From: a bacterium
Lineage (GTDB): Bacteria > UBA8248
Direction: 5' to 3'
Assembly: GCA_965213625.1 (NCBI GenBank)
Contig: CBDBZU010000004.1
Coordinates: 3,136,001-3,200,000, forward strand
Length of the DNA: 64,000 bases
Below, piece after piece: positions 9,464-18,447 of the stretch. The position numbers were made by a program, and so were the translations under genes. Below the pieces are notes generated by a model. It saw nothing but the letters and a program-made list of their open reading frames with translations. It did no database searches and was not told the origin of the DNA. How positions within the stretch are numbered: position 1 is the stretch's first letter; every line of letters begins with the position of its first letter.

Positions 9464-10402
9464 TCACCCCGGCAAAGAGCGCGCGAGACAAGCCTTGAGC
9501 GCGCCGCCGCAGTAGGAACGGGCGAAATCCTCCCCGTGCGCATCTGCGAGACGATCGGCGAAGTCCCCTATGCCCCAGATACCCCGAAATTCATCGAACA
9601 GGCGCCTGCCGTCGGGCGCCGGGCGGTTGATGCCTGCGAAGTCGCTGCCGAGCGCCACCTGGTGGGCGGCGATCTCGGCCAGGAACTCGATTTCCTCCAG
9701 ATGGCGATCGAACGTCTCGTAGAACCCCCGATGCGGCGCCAAGCCGATGAGCGCACCCGTCTCGAGGAGCCTCCTCGCCATATCACGCGGCAGTCCCCGT
9801 TCGCCAAAGACAGGCAGCAGCGGTTCGTCCAGATGGCCGTGGGAGTAGTGCATCTCCCGTCCGGTGACGAGAGCCAGATCGATCATGTCCGATTTCGTCT
9901 GGTGGTTCGCGTGCGCACAATCCACCAGAAAACCCATCCGCCAGGCCAGAATCAAGAAAGCGCGGCCCAGGGGCGTCAGACCCCGCGCGGGGTCTCCCAT
10001 GGCCCCGCCGCCAAGAGGGTTGTCGTCGTTGTACATGGGGCCGACGCTGCGCACGCCTTCCTCCCAAAGCCATTCGAGGAGTTTCAGGTCGTTTTCAGTT
10101 TCGATGAAATAGATACCCTCCGCGTGAATCAACTGCCTGCCCACGCCATCCAAATCCGCTCGCGTGAGCACGATGCTCAGGCCCTCCGCCGAACGAATCC
10201 GCTCCAGATCGCGCCTCACCAACTCGAATTGCGCGTCCTGCGGTGCGCCTTCGAGCCGTTCCAGGGCCGAGAACACGCCGCCCAGCTTCGCCGCCGCCTG
10301 AATGTCTATCTGTTCCGCCAGATAGGTGCGTTCCTCGGGCAAATCGACCATCCACCGCAGATCGGTGTGAAAATCCCAGACGTCATTGAACTCTATCGGC
10401 AT
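9464..10402 (-). CDS. Membrane dipeptidase (M19)-like amidohydrolase
   Basis: DFHTD, HAEG, GLTPLG, VDCAH, YSH, LGSDF motifs. Confidence 0.75.
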   Translation of the reverse strand: MPIEFNDVWDFHTDLRWMVDLPEERTYLAEQIDIQAAAKLGGVFSALERLEGAPQDAQFELVRRDLERIRSAEGLSIVLTRADLDGVGRQLIHAEGIYFIETENDLKLLEWLWEEGVRSVGPMYNDDNPLGGGAMGDPARGLTPLGRAFLILAWRMGFLVDCAHANHQTKSDMIDLALVTGREMHYSHGHLDEPLLPVFGERGLPRDMARRLLETGALIGLAPHRGFYETFDRHLEEIEFLAEIAAHQVALGSDFAGINRPAPDGRRLFDEFRGIWGIGDFADRLADAHGEDFARSYCGGALKACLARSLPG

Positions 10403-10544
10403 ACGCGTCTTCTCCCGGAATCAATTCAGGTGAATTTTCTTGACCGCAAACACCATCATAACGGGGTTGTTGTAAAAGTCATCCTCGGTCGGAATTCACC
10501 CCTCCCTCATCCCGAGTAGGCGCGCTTGCGCGCCGTATCGAGGA

Positions 10545-10573
10545 TTTGACCCGACCGGGAAGGGAGGGTCAAA
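10545..10573. promoter_or_regulatory. Perfect 8-bp inverted repeat containing a TTGACC -35-like hexamer (possible operator)
   Basis: TTTGACCC-N13-GGGTCAAA in the divergent intergenic region. Confidence 0.4.
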
Positions 10574-10582
10574 CCCTTTGGT

Positions 10583-10750
10583 GCGTTCAGGAGTGCAGTT
10601 CCTCCTTCTTCAGTCGGTACTGACCTTCGATACGCCGCCGGAGCCTGGCCCGAGTACCACCGAGGGGACGGCTACTCAGGGTGAGGTCACTACGGCGACA
10701 AGGCAAGACGAGGACTTGACGCGAGCGAGGAGCGAGAGTCGAACGCTCCT
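10583..10750 (+). ncRNA. Unassigned structured RNA candidate (long rod with branched head plus 3' hairpin)
   Basis: Nested complementary segments folded by eye (see finding). Strand is inferred. Confidence 0.45.
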
Positions 10751-10865
10751 GCTTCCAAGGCCAGATTATTCAACAAGCCCATAACACGCGCGATTGGGGC
10801 TTCGCCTTTGCGCAACGCCGCAAGCTCGCATAGTCTGTCGGCTTTGTTTCCAGGGAGGACGATTC

Positions 10866-11654
10866 ATGTCGACAACGAAACCACTGGTGCTGGTCGATCG
10901 CGATGGTCCGCTCGCCACGCTCACACTCAATCGCCCCGAGAAGCGAAACGCCATGAATACGCAGATGACCCGCGAGGCGAAATCAGCTATTGCCGAACTC
11001 GCGGGGGCGGATGATTTGCGCGCCCTGGTCATCGAGGGTGCGGGCAGCATATTCTCCGCCGGGGCCGACGTGGTCGAGATGGGCGCGCTTACCGAAGACA
11101 ACGCGCGCGGTTTCATCTCGAACTTGCACTCACTCATCCACAGCGTGCGCGAATTTCCGCATCCCGTCCTCTGCAAGTGCCAAGGGTATGTTCTGGGCGG
11201 CGCACTCGAGTTGATGCTCGGCTGCGATCTCCGCGTCGCGGCGGAAGATACCAGGTTCGGCATGCCCGAGGTGAGAGTCGGCGTGCCATCCGTCATCGAA
11301 GCTGCGCTGTTCGTACCCATCTCAGGCTTGGGGGCCGCGCAGGATCTGCTCCTCACGGGCAGGACGTTCGACGCCCAGGAGGCGCATCGGCTGGGAATAG
11401 TCCAGAGGATATGCCCTCCAGCGGAACTCGAGAGAACAACACAAGAGTCCGTAAATGAAATTCTCCAGGCCGCTCCCGGCGCGCTGCGCGCCCAGAAAGC
11501 GCTTTTGAGGCGATGGATGCAGGCCTACCTCGAAGCCGCCGTTCCGCCCTCCATCGACGCTTTCGAGGCCTCCTTCCGGACCGGCGAACCGCAAGAGGGC
11601 ATGGCCGCGGCACACGAGAAGCGCCCTCCCGCCTGGTCGCCCGGAGAAAGATAA
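10866..11654 (+). CDS. Enoyl-CoA hydratase/isomerase family protein
   Basis: LTLNRPEKRNA, FSAGAD, GGALE, FGMPEVRVG; GGAGG RBS before ATG 10866. Confidence 0.9.
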   Translation: MSTTKPLVLVDRDGPLATLTLNRPEKRNAMNTQMTREAKSAIAELAGADDLRALVIEGAGSIFSAGADVVEMGALTEDNARGFISNLHSLIHSVREFPHPVLCKCQGYVLGGALELMLGCDLRVAAEDTRFGMPEVRVGVPSVIEAALFVPISGLGAAQDLLLTGRTFDAQEAHRLGIVQRICPPAELERTTQESVNEILQAAPGALRAQKALLRRWMQAYLEAAVPPSIDAFEASFRTGEPQEGMAAAHEKRPPAWSPGER

Positions 11655-11749
11655 GGCCGCAGAGAGTGGCGCAATCCCCTCGCAGTGGCGTTCCCCAGTT
11701 CGGTGTGGCATCTTCACTCATCCTGACGGGACAATGAAGGAGAACCAAG

Positions 11750-12079
11750 TTGTCGGGAGACGAGGCCTTGATCGAGCGCATACGTCCGATTCTCAGGCGG
11801 CGCAAGGGGTATTCGGAAAAACGCATGTTCGGTGGCGTGTGCTTCATGATCAACGGGAACATGTGCGCCGGCACGTGGAAGGGTTCGCTCATCGTGCGAC
11901 TCGGCAAGGAGAACCACGAGGCCACGCTTACCGAACCCCACACGAAGCCGGCCGATATGGCGGGCCGCGTGATGAAGGGCTGGGCGCTGGTCGAACCGGC
12001 GGGAATTGCAACCGAAGACGATTTGAAAGCCTGGGTGCGCCGGGCGGCGAAGTTCGCAGGCTCGCTACCGCCCAAATGA
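11750..12079 (+). CDS. TfoX/Sxy N-terminal domain protein
   Basis: EKRMFGGVCFMINGNM, GRVMKGW; AAGGAG RBS before a TTG start. Confidence 0.8.
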   Translation: MSGDEALIERIRPILRRRKGYSEKRMFGGVCFMINGNMCAGTWKGSLIVRLGKENHEATLTEPHTKPADMAGRVMKGWALVEPAGIATEDDLKAWVRRAAKFAGSLPPK

Positions 12080-12113
12080 GCACACACTCCCGAAACTACT
12101 TGGATTCACTCTT

Positions 12114-13124
12114 ATGAAGGATGAATTGATGAAAGCGATTACCGTTCAGGGAGACGCCGGAATCGAAGGGCTGGTATACGGCGATGTTCCCACGCCCGAG
12201 CCGGGAGAGGGCGAAATGCGCGTCAAACTCCTGGCTTCAGGCATCAACCACATCGACGTCTATCAGTGCACGCCCGCCATGGTGCAGCACGAAAAGCCTC
12301 ACACCATGGGGGCGGACGGCGCAGGCGTCGTGGACAAGGCGGGGCCGGGAACGAGCTTAAAGCCGGGCGATGAGGTGGTCGTCGACCCCAACTTGAGCGA
12401 CCCCACCAAACCGGGCTACGGCATCGTGGGCGCGCACTGCCAGGGTACTCACGCGGAGTTCATTACACTGCCTGAGAATAATTTCTTTCCGAAGCCAAAG
12501 AATCTTTCCTTCGAGGAAGCGGCGGCGCTTCCCCTCGCCCTTTGCACGGCCTATCGCCAGCTCATCAGCCGCGCACGGCTTACAAAGGGCGAGAGCGTTC
12601 TCATCCATGGGGTGGGAGGCGGTGTCATGCTCTACTGCCTGCAACTCGCGGCGCAGGCGGGGGCGTTCTCCATCGTCACCTCATCGAGCGATGAGAAGCT
12701 GGCAACCGCCAAAAGACTGGGTGCAGACGTCTGCATCAACTACAAGACGCAAGACGTCGCTGGGGCCGTGATGGACGCCACCGATGGCCGGGGGGCCGAC
12801 GTGGTGGTCGACAACGTGGGTGCGCCCACCTTCGCGGTGAGCGCGAAATGCGTCGCACTTAACGGGCGCATCACCATCGTGGGCGGGGCTGCGAACCACG
12901 TGATACCCGAGGTCAACCTGCGCGATCTGTATTTCAAGCAGGTCGACATTCACACCTCCACCATGGCGACGCCGGAAGAATTCCACGAGGCGATGACTCT
13001 TGCCGCCGAGGGCAAGGTGAAGGCCCACATCGACTCCACCTACCCTCTCTCCCGCTTCAGGGAAGCCATCGAGCGCGTTGCGAAGGGTGAACAGTTCGGG
13101 AAAGTCGTGATTACCAGAGACTAG
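12114..13124 (+). CDS. MDR-family (quinone oxidoreductase/alcohol dehydrogenase-like) protein
   Basis: GINHID, GADGAG, VLIHGVGGGV, GRGADVVVD, QFGKVV. Confidence 0.85.
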   Translation: MKDELMKAITVQGDAGIEGLVYGDVPTPEPGEGEMRVKLLASGINHIDVYQCTPAMVQHEKPHTMGADGAGVVDKAGPGTSLKPGDEVVVDPNLSDPTKPGYGIVGAHCQGTHAEFITLPENNFFPKPKNLSFEEAAALPLALCTAYRQLISRARLTKGESVLIHGVGGGVMLYCLQLAAQAGAFSIVTSSSDEKLATAKRLGADVCINYKTQDVAGAVMDATDGRGADVVVDNVGAPTFAVSAKCVALNGRITIVGGAANHVIPEVNLRDLYFKQVDIHTSTMATPEEFHEAMTLAAEGKVKAHIDSTYPLSRFREAIERVAKGEQFGKVVITRD

Positions 13125-13188
13125 GGACGAGGCGATTACACCTCCATTCAACACGCGGATAATTCACTATTGGAGATAGCACAAAAAA

Positions 13189-14337
13189 ATGAATAGACAC
13201 CTCGCCAAAACCGTCGCCGCAACCGCAAGCGGAGAGCGCGCCAATCACATGACGGCCAAAAAACCGGCGGGCCTGGTGCCGCTCGATTCGGGAACGCCCA
13301 ACTTCCCCACGCCCAAACACATCACGAATGCCGCCAAGGAGGCGCTCGACCAAGGCTTGACGGGCTACGCCCCCGGGCAGGGGGAACCTGAGTTCCTGGA
13401 AGCCGTGTGCGAACACGTCGAGCGCGAGGCGAATGCGAAATACACGCCCCATTCCATCATCGCGACGAACGGGGCGAGTTCCGGAATCTACGCCGTTATG
13501 ACGACATTCCTGGACCCGGGCGATGAGGCCATCCTCATGGACCCCACGTTTTCCCTCTACGCCCACGTCGCCCTGCAATTAGGGGCCGTTCCCGTTTCCG
13601 TGCCGCACGATGCGGACTACCAAATCGACGTCGCGGCCGTGCGCCGCGCCATCACATCGCGCACGCGCCTTATCCTCGTCAACAACCCGAACAACCCCAC
13701 CGGCGTGGTTTACCGTCGCGATGACCTGGCGGCTCTCGCCGAACTCGCAACGGAGCACGATCTCATGCTCGTATCGGATGAGGCTTATGCGAAAATCCTG
13801 CAACCAGGCTTCGAGCACGTCCCCCTGCTCTCCTTCACCGAACACAGAGATCACCTCATCCTGCTCGACACTTTTTCCAAGACCTATTCGATGACCGGCT
13901 GGCGGCTGGGCTTCATGGTCGTGCCCGAGGATCTGCCCCAGCCGATGTTCAGCGTGCACCGCTCCATCAATGGGCCGATCAACACATTCGTCCAGCGCGC
14001 AGGCGCGGTGGCGCTCAGGAGTTCGCAGGAATGCGTGGAACAGATGGCGGTTGAGTACCACAAGCGGGGTCGACTCATGAACGAGATGACGCGCGACATT
14101 CCGGGACTCATTCCGGTCGAGCCGCAGGGCGGCTTCTACCAATACTGCCGCTATGAGTACCCCATTCCATCGAGCGAGGTGCGAAAGCGCGTCTGGGAGG
14201 CCGGTGCGGCGATACGGAGCGGTTCCGAGTTCGGTGCTTCAGGCGAAAACCACCTGCGCTTCACCTATTCGGTGGATGAAGAGGTCATCGAAAAAGGCAT
14301 GAAGATCGTGGGCGAGGTATTCCGTCACTTAGGCTAA
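13189..14337 (+). CDS. PLP-dependent aminotransferase class I/II
   Basis: NNPNNPTG, SDEAY, FSKTYSMTGWRLG, HLRF. Confidence 0.92.
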   Translation: MNRHLAKTVAATASGERANHMTAKKPAGLVPLDSGTPNFPTPKHITNAAKEALDQGLTGYAPGQGEPEFLEAVCEHVEREANAKYTPHSIIATNGASSGIYAVMTTFLDPGDEAILMDPTFSLYAHVALQLGAVPVSVPHDADYQIDVAAVRRAITSRTRLILVNNPNNPTGVVYRRDDLAALAELATEHDLMLVSDEAYAKILQPGFEHVPLLSFTEHRDHLILLDTFSKTYSMTGWRLGFMVVPEDLPQPMFSVHRSINGPINTFVQRAGAVALRSSQECVEQMAVEYHKRGRLMNEMTRDIPGLIPVEPQGGFYQYCRYEYPIPSSEVRKRVWEAGAAIRSGSEFGASGENHLRFTYSVDEEVIEKGMKIVGEVFRHLG

Positions 14338-14398
14338 AGCTGCCTGTTTCGCTAATCATGAGCCGTCCATCCCACGCGAACGGCTCCTTCCAGCATCA

Positions 14399-15349
14399 TC
14401 AATAGACGGGCAAAATATCCTTCTCGTAGGTCTCATCCACGCCCCGTGCGGCTGCGTAGAATATCTCCTGCAGCCTTCGCGTGATATTTCCGGGCTTTCC
14501 GTCTGCTACCTCGATGCGGTCGAGCGAGAGCACGGGCGCGACCTCGGCGGCCGAGCCGCAAATCATCGCCTCATCGGCCACATAAATCTCCGTGCGATCT
14601 ACGGGCCGTTCCACGGGTTCGGGGCCGATGTGCCTGCCGAACATCTCGATCACGCTGTCTCGCGTGATGCTTTCGAGGATGGATGCCGTCACCGGCGGGG
14701 TAATGAGCTTGCCCTCCCGGACGATCATGATGCACGTGCCCGTGCCCTCGGCCACCTTGCCGTCCTGGTTGAGCAGAAGGGCATCGTCATACCCGTTTAT
14801 CCGCGCCTCCACGCCCGCGAGCCTGCCGTTTTGGTAGTTGGCGGACGCCTTGACGCGCGGCGGCACGGTATCGTCCGAGATGCGCCGCCAACTGCTCACG
14901 CACAGGTTCACCCCCTGCTCCTGGCGTTTTCTGTTGCTGTTCGGCCCTCCGCTGATGAATACGCAGGTGTCCACCTCGTCCGCAGCGTAGCCCTTCATGT
15001 CCAAAGGCCCCGAATCGTCAAAATACACGTTCAGGCGGAAATGCAGGTCTTCCTTGAACTCGTTCGCCCGTATCCATTCGATGACGGCAGCCTTGAACTC
15101 TTCCGCCGTGTAGGGCGGCGTCATCCGCATCACGCGCATCGAATCGAACAGCCGCCTGATGTGCGGGTCGATCTTCCAGAGGAACAGGTTGTTTCTCTCC
15201 TCGCTCCAGTAGGCGCGAATCCCCTCATATATGCTCGAACCCCTGAGAACCGCCTGGCTGAAAACGCTGATCTTGGCGTCTTCGGGCGGAACAACCTCTC
15301 CGTTGAGCCATACCTTGGCATGATCGTAGCTGGGCACTAGAACCTCCAA
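14399..15349 (-). CDS. Aminotransferase class IV (branched-chain amino acid transaminase-like)
   Basis: YEGIRAY, HIRRL, KASANY, EGTG, ILESITR, ADEAMICGSAAEV. Confidence 0.9.
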   Translation of the reverse strand: MEVLVPSYDHAKVWLNGEVVPPEDAKISVFSQAVLRGSSIYEGIRAYWSEERNNLFLWKIDPHIRRLFDSMRVMRMTPPYTAEEFKAAVIEWIRANEFKEDLHFRLNVYFDDSGPLDMKGYAADEVDTCVFISGGPNSNRKRQEQGVNLCVSSWRRISDDTVPPRVKASANYQNGRLAGVEARINGYDDALLLNQDGKVAEGTGTCIMIVREGKLITPPVTASILESITRDSVIEMFGRHIGPEPVERPVDRTEIYVADEAMICGSAAEVAPVLSLDRIEVADGKPGNITRRLQEIFYAAARGVDETYEKDILPVY

Positions 15350-15505
15350 TGCGGAAGTAGAGAACGACTACCAATGTGGAAAACACGGCATCATGGACAA
15401 TTTAATGGTGAGTTGACAAGGGGCCTTCCCACCTTGACGTTCGGGCGCGCTAGGGCGTAGCGTTGTCTCGGACAAATTCAGAACCCCACCCTACTGGAGA
15501 TTTTC

Positions 15506-16876
15506 ATGCAGCAGCCCACGGACACCCCGAAACTCGCGGATGCCTATGCCGAATCCCTGCCCGCCTCTCGCGCTCTTTACGATCGGGCGAAGGAGGTCTT
15601 CCCCGACGGGGTGACACACGACAACCGCAGGATGCAGCCGTTCCCCATCTACGTCGAGCGCGCCGAGGGCGCTCACAAGTGGGACGTGGACGGCAACCGC
15701 TACATCGATTACTGGATGGGCCACGGCGCGCTTCTCTACGGGCACAACCCGCCCCATATCCGGGACGCCGTGAGCGAAGCCGTTCTCCAGGGCTCGCACT
15801 ACGGGGCCAGTCATAGGCCGGAAGTGGAATGGGGCGAATGGGTGCAGCGTCTCGTACCGTGCGCCGAGCGGGTGCGCTTCACGGCTTCGGGCACCGAGGC
15901 CACGCACATGGCACTGAGGCTCGCGCGCGCCTTCACGGGCAGAAAGCGCGTGGTCAAGTTCGCGGGCCACTTCCACGGGTGGCACGAAGGTCTCGAGATC
16001 GGCGTACGCGCCCCCTACACGAACGAACCAGAAGCGGGACAACTCTCAGAAGTAACCGACCTCGTCACCGTATGTCCGCCGGATGATCTGGAAATCGTTC
16101 GCAGCACGCTGGCATCGGGCGATGTGGCAGCGCTCATCCTGGAGCCGACGGGCGGACACTTCGGCACAATCCCGATGAGCAGGGAATTCGTAGCCGCCCT
16201 CAGGGAAGAGACGAAAAAGTCGGGCGCCTTGCTTGTCTTCGATGAGGTGGTTACAGGCTTTCGCGTATCGCCGGGCGGCGCGCAGGCGCACTTTGGCGTG
16301 ACACCCGACTTGACGAGCCTTGCCAAGATACTCTCGGGCGGCCTGCCGGGCGGAGCCATCGTCGGCCGGGCGGACGTTTTGGAATACCTCGCCACCAAGC
16401 CGGACCCCGAAATGAACCGCCACATGAAAATCGCTCACCACGGCACCTTCAACGCGAACCCCATTTCCTCCGCCGCAGGCGTCGCCATGCTCTCCTCCCT
16501 GGCTGACGGCCGGGCGACCGAGAAGGTGAACGCGCAGGCGCAAAAACTCAGGTACGGGATGAACGAGATTCTCGCCCATGAAGCAGTTTCCTGGCTGGTT
16601 TATGGCGACTACAGCGACTGGAAAATCTTGTTTGACGCCGACGCTCCGCCGAGTGATGGGGAAGATCAGGACGTGAGCGGAATCGACTGGCGGCGTCTCG
16701 ATTCCAAGAACGCGCAGAAAAGCCGCGCCCTGAGGCAAGCGCTGATTTTACACGGCGTAGACTTCAACGGCGCGCGCGCTCTCGTGGGCGCCTGTCACTC
16801 GGACGACGTGATTGAGGAGACCCTCGCCGCCTTCCGGGCGGGCGTCCAGACCATGAAGGAAGAAGGCATCGCCTAG
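15506..16876 (+). CDS. Aminotransferase class III (glutamate-1-semialdehyde aminomutase-like)
   Basis: DVDGNRYIDY, SGTEAT, FDEVVTGFR, PDLTSLAKILSGGLP, GTFNANP. Confidence 0.88.
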   Translation: MQQPTDTPKLADAYAESLPASRALYDRAKEVFPDGVTHDNRRMQPFPIYVERAEGAHKWDVDGNRYIDYWMGHGALLYGHNPPHIRDAVSEAVLQGSHYGASHRPEVEWGEWVQRLVPCAERVRFTASGTEATHMALRLARAFTGRKRVVKFAGHFHGWHEGLEIGVRAPYTNEPEAGQLSEVTDLVTVCPPDDLEIVRSTLASGDVAALILEPTGGHFGTIPMSREFVAALREETKKSGALLVFDEVVTGFRVSPGGAQAHFGVTPDLTSLAKILSGGLPGGAIVGRADVLEYLATKPDPEMNRHMKIAHHGTFNANPISSAAGVAMLSSLADGRATEKVNAQAQKLRYGMNEILAHEAVSWLVYGDYSDWKILFDADAPPSDGEDQDVSGIDWRRLDSKNAQKSRALRQALILHGVDFNGARALVGACHSDDVIEETLAAFRAGVQTMKEEGIA

Positions 16877-16920
16877 AATTATCCAACAAACGCACCAAAC
16901 CCTATGAAGGAGAACTGCAC

Positions 16921-18171
16921 TTGCATAGCGCGCTGAAAGGCCATTTGAGCCTTGAATCCGGACGCATCGTAGACGACATGGAACACCCTTTCACCTGCCC
17001 CGAAACGGGCGGGAACCTGCAGGGCAGCTACGACGTCGAGTGGATAAAGACGAACGTGGACAGGGACGAAATCGCCCGCAGACCCCGGGGTATCTGGCGC
17101 TGGCGCGAGTTGTTGCCCGTGCGTGATGAGAAGAACGTGGTTTCGCTCGTGGAAGGCGATACTCCCCTCATCCACGCTGAAAGTCTTGGAAACACTCTCG
17201 GATATAATAACCTCTACATACTGGATGAATCGAGAAACCCCACCGGCTCGTTCAAGGACAGGGGCGGATCGGTCACCATCAGCAAGTGCAGGGAGGTGGG
17301 AGTCGACCGCATCGTACTGCCCTCATCCGGTAACGCGGCGGCCTGTTTCAGCGCCTACTGCGCTCGGGGCGGAATTGAGTTCATTGGCTTCGTGCGCGAC
17401 GACAGCTCCGCCGTTCATTGCCTGCAGGTCGGCGCATACGGGGCGTTCACCCTCATTATCGAGGGCGATCAGGGCACGGGCGGGCGCTTCGCGGAGGAGG
17501 TGTCGAAAGAACTCGGCTGTCTGCACGCCACCCTGCCCCGGAACCTCTACAGAATCGAGGGGAAAAAGACGGCGGCGTTCGAGATCGCCGAAAAACTCGG
17601 CTGGCGCGCGCCGGATCGCGTCGTCTGCCCCACGGCGGGCGGCACGATGGCTCTTGCAATGGACCAGGGCTTCCGCGAACTCCTCGCGCTTGGCTGGATA
17701 GACAGGATGCCGGCCATCGACATCGTACAGGTCGATGGCTGCGCGCCCATCGTCAAGGCGCTGCATACGGGCGGGAAGGTGGAGCCCTGGGGCGAGGTGC
17801 GCACGAAATCAGCCGGTCTCACGAGTCCCTCACCCGGCGCCGGCGAACGCGTGGCCGAAGTCGTGCGTCGCTCCGAAGGCCACGGTGTGCTCGTGAACGA
17901 CGCGATGAACCTGGAAGCCGAGTTCCAGATCGCCGGACGCGAGGGTCTTTTCCTGCAACCGGCCTCGGCGGCTTCTGTGGCAAGTCTAATGGAGGACGCC
18001 GAGCGGCCCGAGCGACCGGAAGCCGATGAAGTAATCGTCTGCATCGGCACGGGCACGGGCAAGAACGCGACGGAAGTGGCAAGCGAGGCCCTCGGCAGGC
18101 CGGGCCGCATTCCTCCAGATATAGAGGCCTTCAAACGAGCCCGTTCCTCCTGGCGGGAAAACGTCTCCTGA
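16921..18171 (+). CDS. Threonine synthase-like PLP enzyme (fold type II)
   Basis: GIWRWRELLP, EGDTPL, NPTGSFKDRG, SSGNAA, EGKKT, TGTGK. The start codon is uncertain. Confidence 0.85.
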   Translation: MHSALKGHLSLESGRIVDDMEHPFTCPETGGNLQGSYDVEWIKTNVDRDEIARRPRGIWRWRELLPVRDEKNVVSLVEGDTPLIHAESLGNTLGYNNLYILDESRNPTGSFKDRGGSVTISKCREVGVDRIVLPSSGNAAACFSAYCARGGIEFIGFVRDDSSAVHCLQVGAYGAFTLIIEGDQGTGGRFAEEVSKELGCLHATLPRNLYRIEGKKTAAFEIAEKLGWRAPDRVVCPTAGGTMALAMDQGFRELLALGWIDRMPAIDIVQVDGCAPIVKALHTGGKVEPWGEVRTKSAGLTSPSPGAGERVAEVVRRSEGHGVLVNDAMNLEAEFQIAGREGLFLQPASAASVASLMEDAERPERPEADEVIVCIGTGTGKNATEVASEALGRPGRIPPDIEAFKRARSSWRENVS

Positions 18172-18382
18172 GACGGAAAACATCCCGTCTGGACGTTCGT
18201 ATCTCCTGGCACTCCCCGAGGGATAATCCTTAATTATCCCCCTATTTCCAACCAGCGTTCTTTCCACGCAATATAGTGAACAATATCTCTTTTTACTTCA
18301 CTTTATTCATTATGTTCTACTTCATTATACATGCCATAACTATATATAAATAAACCCATTATTCTTAGTTTTAAAATATTTC

Positions 18383-18411
18383 TTGAATTTCGTTATATTT
18401 TCGTATATCTT
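18383..18411 (+). promoter_or_regulatory. Probable sigma70 promoter with a direct repeat in the spacer
   Basis: TTGAAT-N17-TATCTT in an AT-rich block; TTTCGT repeated at 18388 and 18399. Confidence 0.5.
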
Positions 18412-18447
18412 TTTCCTTCATGTCAAATCACATAAGGAGAAAAAACC

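Noticed and set aside
10725-10765. GTTCGACTC (minus strand) suggesting a tRNA or tRNA-Sec T-loop
   Set aside because: No 5-bp T stem, acceptor stem or anticodon arm can be built.
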